Positions 38,590-46,835 of a stretch of 64,000 nt of DNA are shown one piece after another. A program made the position numbers and the translations under genes. The notes below the pieces were generated by a model. That model did no database searches. It had not been told where the DNA came from and worked only from the letters and a program-made list of their open reading frames with translations. Within the stretch, counting starts at the first letter, position 1; every line of letters begins with the position of its first letter. The DNA is from an uncultured Candidatus Saccharibacteria bacterium (lineage in GTDB: Bacteria; Patescibacteriota; Saccharimonadia; Saccharimonadales; CAIOMD01), in the NCBI GenBank assembly GCA_963716565.1, contig OY970318.1, positions 64,830-128,829 of the forward strand. Reading direction: 5' to 3'.

Positions 38590-38662
38590 GAAAAGCCGGG
38601 AAGCCGGCGGGACTGGGCCTTGCGGCCACAATCCCAATGACTTCCCGGGTGGTGGTTTGCTA

Positions 38663-38929
38663 TTACTTGGCCTCGATGGACTCGAGAGAGTAGAGATTGC
38701 CCGGGTACTTGTCCCGTAGTCTCTCGTACTCAGTAATAGTCTCTTCGATCTCTTCCTGCTCTCGGAAGAGTCTGTCTGCTTCTGTCACCAGCTCTGCGAT
38801 CATCCGGTCGCAAAGCGACCAAGCCTTGCGGCCAGACCAAGTGGTCGGATCAGTTTTCAGCGCCAGCTTGTAGGCGCTGTCATCATAGCCGCAGAAGAAC
38901 AGAAAGTTGGCAATGATGAGCTTGAACAT
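38663..38929 (-). CDS. Hypothetical small protein (88 aa) in a GC-rich island
   Basis: ATG 38929 (MFKLIIANF) after an AGGCGG-type RBS, downstream of promoter TTGACT-17-TAATAT at 39012-39040. Terminator hairpin CCGGGAAG...CTTCCCGG plus a T-run lies at 38590-38655 (minus strand). The protein has a hydrophobic N-terminus and an acidic helical C-terminus. Confidence 0.5.
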   Translation of the reverse strand: MFKLIIANFLFFCGYDDSAYKLALKTDPTTWSGRKAWSLCDRMIAELVTEADRLFREQEEIEETITEYERLRDKYPGNLYSLESIEAK

Positions 38930-39011
38930 TCGCGAACCGCCTTTCGGGTCGGGATGCTTGCGTAAAACCACCAAAGTACTCTTTAAGATTAGTATCTCTT
39001 GAGCGATAAAT

Positions 39012-39040
39012 ATATTAGCATAAGAATAATAGAAAGTCAA
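39012..39040 (-). promoter_or_regulatory. Sigma70-type promoter TTGACT-17-TAATAT (minus strand)
   Basis: Read directly on the reverse complement. The track ORF 38663..39040 begins inside it, so the shorter start is preferred. Confidence 0.5.
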
Positions 39041-39107
39041 TAGCCGTTACCCCTGCTAGCAAGCTGAAAGTTGCATAAAATCAAAATTATGCTAAAGTTA
39101 TACTACT

Positions 39108-40310
39108 ATGAATACGCCCGACAGATTAGTGGTAAATATGGAAAGTGGCAAAAAAGCCATTGCTATTACTCCTGATCTTGAAGAGTCTGTGCCTAATCTT
39201 AAGAGCGCCTTTAAGGTCGTTGACTCCCAATATAGAATGGGCAAAGTAATCACCGAAGAATGCCTAAAGGGTAGGAATGGCTACTTAACGTGGATGTCCG
39301 AAAGCTTGTTTGCGTTTGAAACTCCCAATGGCGAAGAAATGGCCTGTTCGCTACTTTATGACTGGCAAACACTCAACAAATCAGAAATTATGGTTGTAGA
39401 GGGCGGATTTTCTGATATTGGCCCCAGAAGTTCCTCGCGTGATTTATCCAAATTTACAAAGGACCCTTCGCCAAATTATCTAGAAACAAGAAAAGCCGCT
39501 CCGCATAGCTGGAATCAAATTACTAAATCAGCTCTTATTCACGACATGCTGGCTGCTACTGGCCAAGGAATGCCGGTGTTGACAATATTCAGGCAAGTAC
39601 CAAAAGCGGCCTACACGGGCGATGAACGCAGCGATATTAGACATAACGGCAACTGGGCCGCCGAAGGCCGATTAATACACCAGGCTTTATTGGAATCTCA
39701 AGCTAGAATTCGCGAAGTGAGCGGTAACGAAGTTGACCTATCAGATGTTCATTTTTTTGGCTTGTCAAAGGGTGCGAATCAGGTAATCGGGGCCGCCCGA
39801 ACTCGCTATTTTCACCCCGGGCATGATCAATTTAGCGCTAGGTCTGTTACCGCTCAAGAGCCAGTTGTGGGACCAAAAAGATATATACCTAATTTAGCAT
39901 TCGATTTTCTTTTTAGATCTACTGCTGGTGAAGAATCAGATTTGGTGGTTCCTAGGATGCACTGGGCTAGGGAGCCATTAGTAAGGAAAGAAATTGATGG
40001 CCATGGTAACGAACTTAGAATGTTGCTAGAAATGGGCCAGGCTTGTATGGTTGGTATGCTTTCTGGGCTAACACACCCTACAGAGACTAGGGGAGATATT
40101 TACACTCTAGCCAGCGATGGCATACCGGTTACTATAGTTCGTGGAGCTAATAGTGGCTTAAATAGTGCCGATGATCTGGATTTTAATGGCGACGCGGCCA
40201 GAACGATAACAGTTGAAGCCATTAAAGGCCAGCGAGCTGGCCACTTAATTAATGAGCACGCCGGCCTAGTAGCCGTCAGCGCCGCACTTGGTGCACGCAG
40301 ATCTAGATAG
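39108..40310 (+). CDS. Hypothetical protein, possible alpha/beta-hydrolase fold
   Basis: The only cues are a nucleophile-elbow-like GLSKG and a late His (GHLINEH). Confidence 0.3.
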   Translation: MNTPDRLVVNMESGKKAIAITPDLEESVPNLKSAFKVVDSQYRMGKVITEECLKGRNGYLTWMSESLFAFETPNGEEMACSLLYDWQTLNKSEIMVVEGGFSDIGPRSSSRDLSKFTKDPSPNYLETRKAAPHSWNQITKSALIHDMLAATGQGMPVLTIFRQVPKAAYTGDERSDIRHNGNWAAEGRLIHQALLESQARIREVSGNEVDLSDVHFFGLSKGANQVIGAARTRYFHPGHDQFSARSVTAQEPVVGPKRYIPNLAFDFLFRSTAGEESDLVVPRMHWAREPLVRKEIDGHGNELRMLLEMGQACMVGMLSGLTHPTETRGDIYTLASDGIPVTIVRGANSGLNSADDLDFNGDAARTITVEAIKGQRAGHLINEHAGLVAVSAALGARRSR

Positions 40311-40398
40311 TTTTAAGTTGGCTGATCATAGGGGTCTAGATATAAATTATTTAGCGGTATAATACACTTATAAATTTAAACCCTAAGAAAGGCAAAAT

Positions 40399-41064
40399 AT
40401 GAGTGATAAGGAAAAAGAGATAAACATTAAACGTCCAGCAGTTGTTATAACTGGGCTTGTAATAGCAATAATTGGCTTACTGCTATCGGCGTTGCCAATC
40501 GTGAATAATTTTGCGTTCTTTCTAGCGCTAATCTCACTGATACTAGGAATTGTCGGCTTAAAAAAGACCAACAAGGGCAAAGCCGCCGGGCGGGTGATGT
40601 CGATTGTAGTAATCGTTTTGTCAGTTTTGGCGGGAGTAATAGTTTTAGCTAGCCAAGCCTGGTACGGTAGTAAGATTGACGATGTATCGGACGCAATTGA
40701 GCAAGCCTCTCAAGAAATTAACGATGCATCTGATAGAGCATCTGGCAGGCTGACTCAAGAGTTGCTTGGTAGCGAAGTAGATGTAGTTATGGGTAGCTTT
40801 GTTGTAACCGAGGGATCATACGGTTTGGTTAATACAGAGCTTCCGATTACGGTAACGAATAAGTTAGCCGAACAGAAGACGTATTCTGTACAAATTGAGG
40901 CAGTTGATGCCAATGGCAATCGCATAGAAGACGATAGTATATACGCCAATGATTTGGGGCCAAATCAATCCCAAAATTTTAAGATGTTTCAATATATATC
41001 GCCCGATAAACTGAGTAGCCTGAAGGCCGCGACCTTTAGAGTTTTATCTGTTTCTCAGTACTAA
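40399..41064 (+). CDS. Membrane protein with a C-terminal Ig-like (DUF4352/FxLYD-like) ectodomain, tentative
   Basis: Three N-terminal TM helices. The beta-rich C-terminal domain includes TVTNKLAEQKTYSVQIEAVDANGNRI. Confidence 0.4.
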   Translation: MSDKEKEINIKRPAVVITGLVIAIIGLLLSALPIVNNFAFFLALISLILGIVGLKKTNKGKAAGRVMSIVVIVLSVLAGVIVLASQAWYGSKIDDVSDAIEQASQEINDASDRASGRLTQELLGSEVDVVMGSFVVTEGSYGLVNTELPITVTNKLAEQKTYSVQIEAVDANGNRIEDDSIYANDLGPNQSQNFKMFQYISPDKLSSLKAATFRVLSVSQY

Positions 41065-41112
41065 ATTAATTGAGTCTGCTTGGCTGAGTCTACGGTTTTG
41101 GGAGCTCGGACG

Positions 41113-41154
41113 ACAAACAAAAAAGAGGATGCATTTAGCATCCTCTTTGTTTGT
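41113..41154. terminator. Bidirectional terminator between convergent genes
   Basis: ACAAACAAAAAAGAGGATGC-ATTT-AGCATCCTCTTTGTTTGT. Confidence 0.75.
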
Positions 41155-41164
41155 TGGGTTGGCC

Positions 41165-41365
41165 CTAAAACGCCTGGGCTACAATCCAAACGACTCCAGC
41201 TAGCGAGAGCAAAAAAATGCTCAAGCCAACTGGCGAACCCCAGCTAAACCAAGAACCCCAAGCCCGCCAGTGGCTCCAATGGGCTTGCGACATCTCGCGC
41301 CACTGTTCGTACTGTTCTTTGGCTCTTTTTTCCTTCTCGATTCGCTTTTCTTCGCGATCAGCCAT
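41165..41365 (-). CDS. Small membrane protein (66 aa), Trp-rich
   Basis: ATG follows AAGGAGATTAAT. A charged N-terminal helix, then WSHWRAWGSWFSWGSP, then a TM helix. Shorter than track ORF 41165..41416. Confidence 0.5.
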   Translation of the reverse strand: MADREEKRIEKEKRAKEQYEQWREMSQAHWSHWRAWGSWFSWGSPVGLSIFLLSLAGVVWIVAQAF

Positions 41366-41581
41366 ATTAATCTCCTTATTAATTATCGACCAGCCCGTTT
41401 TCGATGGATACCGCAAGTCTGTTTGTGCTGTGGGCTAAACAGCCAGACCGCTAGGCGGATTTATTTCAAGTTTATTATACATTATCCGATTAGGTCCAGG
41501 CTCAGCAAAAGATGCTTAAGCAGCAAGTTCTAAGAGCAAATTGAAGATATTTGGTGCAAGCTACAATGGGACTTAGTTTAT

Positions 41582-42901
41582 TTAGCTGCCTTGAGTAGCG
41601 GCAGAGGTATTGATGTCTAATTTAGTGGGTACACCGCCTATTGCAGGAATTACATAGAAGTTATTTTCGTTGCTACTGCTTGTTCTGATAATCAGATAGT
41701 CATCATCTATAAACTTGTAGGGGTAGAACACTTCGCTGCTGCTTGTTTGTATGGTTAGTGGTTCGGCGTTTAACCCATCACTATTGCCTATCATAATTTG
41801 CCATCTACTAGCGTCCAGCCATGCTAACTTGCCGCTAGGCGACTCAGGGATGTTAATCTGGCTAGCCTTATAGTCATAAATAAACGTGCCTATAAAATCG
41901 GCCGCTGCTATATTGTTGGTACCCAGATTCACAGTTTCACCGACTGAATACGTGTAGTATTTATTCAATGTGCTGGTAGCGCTATTATAAACACCAATAT
42001 TAAAGGTATTGATTCCGGTACGCTGTGGCATCAGCTGTACATTAGGCGACCCAACGGTAGAATCTTGACTAAAATCCTTCGCGACTACCGAACTAGACCC
42101 ATCTAATTTCAGGTACGTTAGTTTGTATCCATGCATAAAAACAATACTGTCATTTAGGACGTAAACATCGCTTAGCCCCTCTGAAGGAGTATAGTCATTT
42201 GCTGTTTGAAATATAACGCTAGTAGTGTTGTTGGCCATATCGAAGGTCTTTATGCTGTAATAATTGTCGGTCTGCCAACTGCCACTATAAACAAGTTTAT
42301 CTCCAGCCCAGCCATAAAAATGATTGTAAACAAGGTCTACTGGTTCAGAATAGGTGGCTACTATCACATCGCTGCCGTTACTTGTATTAACTGCGTGTAT
42401 GGTTAGTTCGGGCTCGTTATATTTAAAATAAGCGATGTACTTGCCATCGTTGCTTAGCATCGATGCCTCTTCTGAGCTAGACAATGAGCGCAATCCATTA
42501 ACTAAGGCTGTTGCTTCTGAGCCATCAATTCCGATTTGATACAGGGTTTCATTTGCTTCAAATACAAGCTTGTCCATTGGTACATACGTTGTATTGCCAT
42601 TAATGTCTATTACCGATAATCGCGTCTCATTATTACTCGAAACTGAATCGGAACCGTTCTTATCGTTTTGGTATATTCTGTAGCCCGCAAAACCCAAACC
42701 GGCCACTAGTAGAACAATAACTATGGTTGCGATAATTAACTTTTTCTTGGGCTTTTTGGTGGCTGGGCTTGGCAATATATTGGTCATGGGCATAACCGGC
42801 CCTACTACGGGTTGATTGTTTGCTTGTGTCCCCAGATTATTAGTTACTTGGGGTTGAAGGTTCTCTGTTGGTGTTTGGTTGGGTTGTATATCGGTTTCCA
42901 T
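41582..42901 (-). CDS. Membrane-anchored extracytoplasmic protein, beta-propeller-like, unknown function
   Basis: Q/N/T-rich N-terminus, a single TM (KKLIIATIVIVLLVAGLGFAGY), and a long beta-rich ectodomain. No catalytic motif seen. Confidence 0.45.
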   Translation of the reverse strand: METDIQPNQTPTENLQPQVTNNLGTQANNQPVVGPVMPMTNILPSPATKKPKKKLIIATIVIVLLVAGLGFAGYRIYQNDKNGSDSVSSNNETRLSVIDINGNTTYVPMDKLVFEANETLYQIGIDGSEATALVNGLRSLSSSEEASMLSNDGKYIAYFKYNEPELTIHAVNTSNGSDVIVATYSEPVDLVYNHFYGWAGDKLVYSGSWQTDNYYSIKTFDMANNTTSVIFQTANDYTPSEGLSDVYVLNDSIVFMHGYKLTYLKLDGSSSVVAKDFSQDSTVGSPNVQLMPQRTGINTFNIGVYNSATSTLNKYYTYSVGETVNLGTNNIAAADFIGTFIYDYKASQINIPESPSGKLAWLDASRWQIMIGNSDGLNAEPLTIQTSSSEVFYPYKFIDDDYLIIRTSSSNENNFYVIPAIGGVPTKLDINTSAATQGS

Positions 42902-43012
42902 TATTGGCCTTTATATTAAATTATTCTTACGCTAATAATAGCAGATATTTAAAAACCTCTTGAGCTTGCAAAGGTCATGACTTAAAAAGCCGAGCGGCTG
43001 CAAAATTACACA

Positions 43013-43035
43013 TGGCTGGGGATGAGGGACTCGAC
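43013..43035 (-). repeat. 23-nt direct repeat copying the 3' end of tRNA-Gln (att-like scar)
   Basis: TGGCTGGGGATGAGGGACTCGA at 43013 matches 43198-43219, the T-arm/acceptor/CCA end of the intact tRNA-Gln. It diverges after that. Confidence 0.7.
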
Positions 43036-43197
43036 TCACCTTCGGCGAGCCCGTCGCAACATCTTTGCAAACAAGTTTGCAAGAGTTGACTCCCTTGCGA
43101 ACTGCCACTGGCATTTCTCACCCCGATTTGGTCGGGTGTTCGAGCCCCAACCATTAAACAAGGCCGGCAAACAGGCATAAAACCTATTTCCCGGCCT

Positions 43198-43271
43198 TGG
43201 CTGGGGATGAGGGACTCGAACCCCCGATCCTGGGACCAGAACCCAGTGCCTTACCACTTGGCCAATCCCCA
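43198..43271 (-). tRNA. tRNA-Gln (anticodon CTG), U1:A72, CCA encoded
   Basis: Reverse complement TGGGGATTGGCCAAGTGGTAAGGC...CTGGG-TTCTGGT-CCCAG...GGTTCGAGTCCCTCATCCCCAGCCA. Confidence 0.9.
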
Positions 43272-43481
43272 ACATTTTGCATCAGGCTTTCGCCCAACAA
43301 CAGATACATTATAGCTTATTGGTTGTAATTAAGAGACAAAAACACCCACAAGAGTGGGTTTTATTTTCTTGGTTGAGCCAGGGGGAGTTGTACTCCCCCT
43401 GGCAGCGACAATACTAAGGGTTGCCTAGCATGTCGCGCGGACAGGATCTACTTGACTCGTTTGAACCATGCCTGCTTTGGT

Positions 43482-43949
43482 TCAGAACGAGGCCACCCCG
43501 TAGGGGGCATTGATGCCCAGCATATGCGCCGGGTTTGTCGCTGCCACCCCTTGGGCCAACTGGCCGATACACCTCTGTGCTGTCTTCGTCGTAGCAGCCA
43601 TGAAGTCGGAGATACCAGCTATGCCAGCCGCAATGCCATATGGTTGCGCCACCGTCCTTTGCCGTATGGTGGTGATGCTGAAGAGATGGCTGTAGCCGGA
43701 GCCGAGCGAACTGTCAGACGCCAGTGTTGTAGCCCGCTGTGCGATGGCCCCGAACGCGACGAATGCCAGAACGAGCAGACCGACGGCGAAGATCACCGCT
43801 GCCGCTTGGCTAGTGCCCGATGCTTGGTCGACGGAGCTGATGCTTAGCGTCAAGACGAACGCGCTCACCGCGAGTGCACACACAATAAGTGCAAGCACCA
43901 TAGCCGCGATGAGGTATCGTCTTAGCCTACTAAGGCCGCGACGTCTCAT
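43482..43949 (-). CDS. Hypothetical membrane protein (155 aa) in a GC-rich island
   Basis: ATG 43949 (MRRRGLSRLRRYLIAAMVLALIV) follows AAGGGGGA. Two TM helices. Two terminator hairpins (GCCAGGGGGAG..CTCCCCCTGGC and AACCCACTCTTGTGGGTGTTTTT) follow before tRNA-Gln. Confidence 0.55.
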   Translation of the reverse strand: MRRRGLSRLRRYLIAAMVLALIVCALAVSAFVLTLSISSVDQASGTSQAAAVIFAVGLLVLAFVAFGAIAQRATTLASDSSLGSGYSHLFSITTIRQRTVAQPYGIAAGIAGISDFMAATTKTAQRCIGQLAQGVAATNPAHMLGINAPYGVASF

Positions 43950-44138
43950 GGTGTATCCCCCTTGGGATCTTGCGTTGCAGAACACCAACAACGAACCTAG
44001 TATCCGTTAGGCGCCTCCTTTTTTCCTGTCCTTACTAAAGAGCCTCCAACAACTCCTACGGTAAGGTCCCAGGGCCGTTAGATAAAAAAATAATACTCCT
44101 AAAAAATGGATTGTAAAAATAAATTGAGAGCAAACTTG

Positions 44139-44390
44139 TTAAAAAGAGGCAATACCGAGCAGTTCGTTAATCGTTAGCCTATCAAAGCCAATCACCACTT
44201 TATCGCCAATCCAGATTTGCGGTACTTGGGTTACGCCGGTTCTGGCAACCATTTTGGGGCCCCACTCTGGTTGTTTTTCTAGGTCGATTTCTTCGAATTC
44301 AATATTTTTGCTCTTTAAGTAATTTTTTGCCTGAACACAGTAGGGGCAGGTGGGTAGCGAAAATACTTTAATGTCTAAGTCTTTTTTCAT
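44139..44390 (-). CDS. Glutaredoxin-like protein (NrdH/Grx family)
   Basis: CPYC active site at residues 15-18 and the thioredoxin-fold pattern (VPQIWIGDKVVIGFD). 83 aa. Confidence 0.85.
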   Translation of the reverse strand: MKKDLDIKVFSLPTCPYCVQAKNYLKSKNIEFEEIDLEKQPEWGPKMVARTGVTQVPQIWIGDKVVIGFDRLTINELLGIASF

Positions 44391-44466
44391 ACTTCTATTC
44401 TATAACAATGTTACGAAATATGCCGGTCTACATCTTATAGAACAGTGTTTTATAATCCACGAACCC

Positions 44467-44495
44467 TTTACAAAATAGCATAAATATAGGATAAT
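44467..44495 (+). promoter_or_regulatory. Promoter TTTACA-17-GATAAT preceding the GC-rich surface-protein island
   Basis: Read directly. Confidence 0.45.
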
Positions 44496-44642
44496 GTGCT
44501 TTAAGCGGAAGAGATTCTGCTTGGATGTTATTTGCTCTTTAACAAGTATCCAGGCCAGTTCAATGCCTTTTTAAATTAGAAGGTGTTGCCCTGGTCTGGA
44601 AAATGGATTCTAGACCTTAAACAGGGGAGGTGCGTCATAGTA

Positions 44643-44786
44643 GTGGCTGTTCAGAGTTGGGTTTGGCAAACGATCGTCATGTCAATGCGGGTCGTCGGTG
44701 CCATCCTAGCTTTAGGGATGGCTGTTGGCGTACTTGCCTATGGTTCCAGTATTTACTTGGAACTGAAGCGAAAGGGGGAGGTCTAA
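44643..44786 (+). CDS. Possible small membrane peptide upstream of the adhesin gene
   Basis: In the frame of track ORF 44583..44786. The start could be GTG 44643, 12 nt after GGGGAGG, or ATG 44679. The product carries a hydrophobic helix VVGAILALGMAVGVLAYG followed by KRKGEV. The start is uncertain. Confidence 0.3.
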   Translation: MAVQSWVWQTIVMSMRVVGAILALGMAVGVLAYGSSIYLELKRKGEV

Positions 44787-44848
44787 GGGAAAGCTGTCGT
44801 ATCAATCTACAACTGTTCTGGCAAACGAGTCACAGGGAGGACGCAGCT

Positions 44849-46705
44849 ATGACTGCGATAGTACGGGAGTACAAGAGGCATCCGCTACGGCTGTTTATGA
44901 TCATTGCGCTTGTTGCGCTTTTGATCACCGGCGTCATCGCCGGTTCGGTCTACGCGGCTACCAACGACGTCGTGGACGATCCGAATGCTACGACGAATTC
45001 GACTGTCAGTTCTGGTGAAGGCGGTTCTATCGAGGGGCAACCCACGGAGACCGAGACCACCGAGACCACAGAGACTACCGAAGCCAGCAACGTGCTGGCC
45101 GGCCAGAGTCTTGGTCTGACCCTGTCTGGTGGTGGAAGAGATGATCCGCCACCGCCACCGCAGGTCACGGGTGTATTAACCGTTACGGTGACATTCGTCA
45201 ATGCACCGACCGGCAAGGACAACCCGACCAGCTACACGGCTAGCGTGAAACAGAATGGCTCTCAGGCCTTCAATGCTAGCGGCAACGCGGTGTTCCCGAG
45301 CTTGGATCTTGGCAAAGACGGTAGCAAGGAGTTCGAGGTCACGGGCGTCTCGCCCGACAACGGCGCGACTGTGAGCTATCCGAACGGCAACAAGAAGACC
45401 CTGACCACCAGCAACCCAAACGGCACCATCGCGGTCACCATGACATGGCCGGCGCCAACAGATGGCGACCATGCCTGGAACAGAGAGAACGGCAAGGGCA
45501 ACAACTGTCCTTATGGTGGGCAGCTCTACTGGGTTCTTACGGCTGGCGGAGGCGGATTTAGCTTCGTGCCAGCTGAAACTACCCTAGAGGTAAAGTTCGC
45601 AGATGGAGCCACCAAAACCTTCAACGGTTTCTTTGAAGGCGGAGGTAGCAACGGAGCCATCAAGTTCATATCGGACTCGATGGACGCCGACGGCACCAAT
45701 CACGGCAAAGTGGTCGATGCTACTGCCCACTGGGGCGGTCTTGGAGAGCCAGGTCATATGGTTCTCACCATCAGCCACTCCATCAAGTGCTACACGGCGC
45801 CGCAACTGTACGACCTGCGAGTCCATAAGGACTTCGCAACCGGTTTTCCGCAGGCTTTGCAGGATCCCACGCGCTATCGCGTACGGGCAGTCTGCGCTGC
45901 GAACAGCTACGATGAATGGCGGACGTTCGACGCCAGCGGCAACGCGGTGTTCGAAGACCTCAAGCCAGGCCAGTACGCCCTGACAGAAGAAAGTCTGGAC
46001 GGGGTGCCGTTCACATACGCATTTACGCCGGCTAGTCCTGTCACCATTGGTTCGGCAGGTCTGACGGTCGCGTGTGTGGAGCCGGGCAACGATGTCGTCA
46101 ACGTGACGGTGGTTAACACCTACGTGCCACGGCTTGGACAGATCACTCTGTGCAAGAATCTGGCTGCAGGCGATTGGCCTGCGGGTGTGACAGCAGCCGA
46201 CTTCACGGCCGTCTACAAGTACGATGGTGTGATTCACAAGGTCCCCTTCGAGCTTGTTGACGAAGCCAACCCACTTCTTGGCCGAGCGATCCTACAGATC
46301 CCCGAGGAATACTTTGGGCTGTACGAATTCATCGGCGAAGAAGGGCCCAACGGAGTCGACTACAACGTGGTCATCAATCCCGGAAGCGTGACGGTGGACG
46401 CGCAGAACCTCACGCATGAGGTGACCTACACCAACACCTATAAGCCTCCGGTGACTACCACGGAACCGCCGGTCACAACGACCGAGCCTCCGGTGACTAC
46501 CACCACAGAGGCCCCGGCCACCACGACAACGCTTGGTCCCACAACGACCACTTTGCCTGGTGGAACCACTACCACGACCATCCACAAGGGAGATCGCGAC
46601 GAGTACCCGTTCACCGGGTTCCAGTTGTTGATCGGTCTTGGTGCGGCCGCGGCACTTGGTGGTGGCGGTGTAGCCCTGCGGCGTCTGACGAGCCGCAAGA
46701 AGTAG
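44849..46705 (+). CDS. Cell-wall-sorted surface protein with SpaA/prealbumin-like domains and a non-canonical YPFTG sorting signal
   Basis: ATG 44849 follows AGGGAGGA. Signal anchor LFMIIALVALLITGVIAGSVYA. SpaA-like unit TFDASGNAVFEDLKPGQYALTEE. A PPVTTTE x3 stalk. The C-terminus has EYPFTG, then the hydrophobic FQLLIGLGAAAALGGGGVAL, then RRLTSRKK. GC-rich. Confidence 0.75.
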   Translation: MTAIVREYKRHPLRLFMIIALVALLITGVIAGSVYAATNDVVDDPNATTNSTVSSGEGGSIEGQPTETETTETTETTEASNVLAGQSLGLTLSGGGRDDPPPPPQVTGVLTVTVTFVNAPTGKDNPTSYTASVKQNGSQAFNASGNAVFPSLDLGKDGSKEFEVTGVSPDNGATVSYPNGNKKTLTTSNPNGTIAVTMTWPAPTDGDHAWNRENGKGNNCPYGGQLYWVLTAGGGGFSFVPAETTLEVKFADGATKTFNGFFEGGGSNGAIKFISDSMDADGTNHGKVVDATAHWGGLGEPGHMVLTISHSIKCYTAPQLYDLRVHKDFATGFPQALQDPTRYRVRAVCAANSYDEWRTFDASGNAVFEDLKPGQYALTEESLDGVPFTYAFTPASPVTIGSAGLTVACVEPGNDVVNVTVVNTYVPRLGQITLCKNLAAGDWPAGVTAADFTAVYKYDGVIHKVPFELVDEANPLLGRAILQIPEEYFGLYEFIGEEGPNGVDYNVVINPGSVTVDAQNLTHEVTYTNTYKPPVTTTEPPVTTTEPPVTTTTEAPATTTTLGPTTTTLPGGTTTTTIHKGDRDEYPFTGFQLLIGLGAAAALGGGGVALRRLTSRKK

Positions 46706-46775
46706 AACACATCCAAGTGGTGAAGTCGCAAGATTTCGCCCTGCGCTTACTCAGACAGTAAGTAATCTCTAACGC

Positions 46776-46822
46776 AAAAGGCGGTAGGTGGCTCTCACGA
46801 GCCCCTACCGCCTTTTCGCTTT
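46776..46822. terminator. Bidirectional terminator
   Basis: AAAAGGCGGTAGG...CCTACCGCCTTTTCGCTTTTT between convergent genes. Confidence 0.75.
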
Positions 46823-46835
46823 TTATGGGTAAATA

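Noticed and set aside
43036-43197. Possible tmRNA, or a tRNA with an intron, between the tRNA-Gln repeat copies
   Set aside because: It is far too short for tmRNA, and no tag reading frame with a resume codon and stop was found. No D-arm or anticodon arm could be drawn, and only the last 22-23 nt match a tRNA. I kept it as an att-like scar or structured spacer finding instead.
45584-46731. Long minus-strand ORFs (45584..46237, 46292..46585, 46438..46731) and + strand ORF 45603..45983 inside the adhesin gene
   Set aside because: They are shadow frames of a GC-rich gene. The translations are Arg/Gly/Val low-complexity mirror images of the PPVTTTE repeat.
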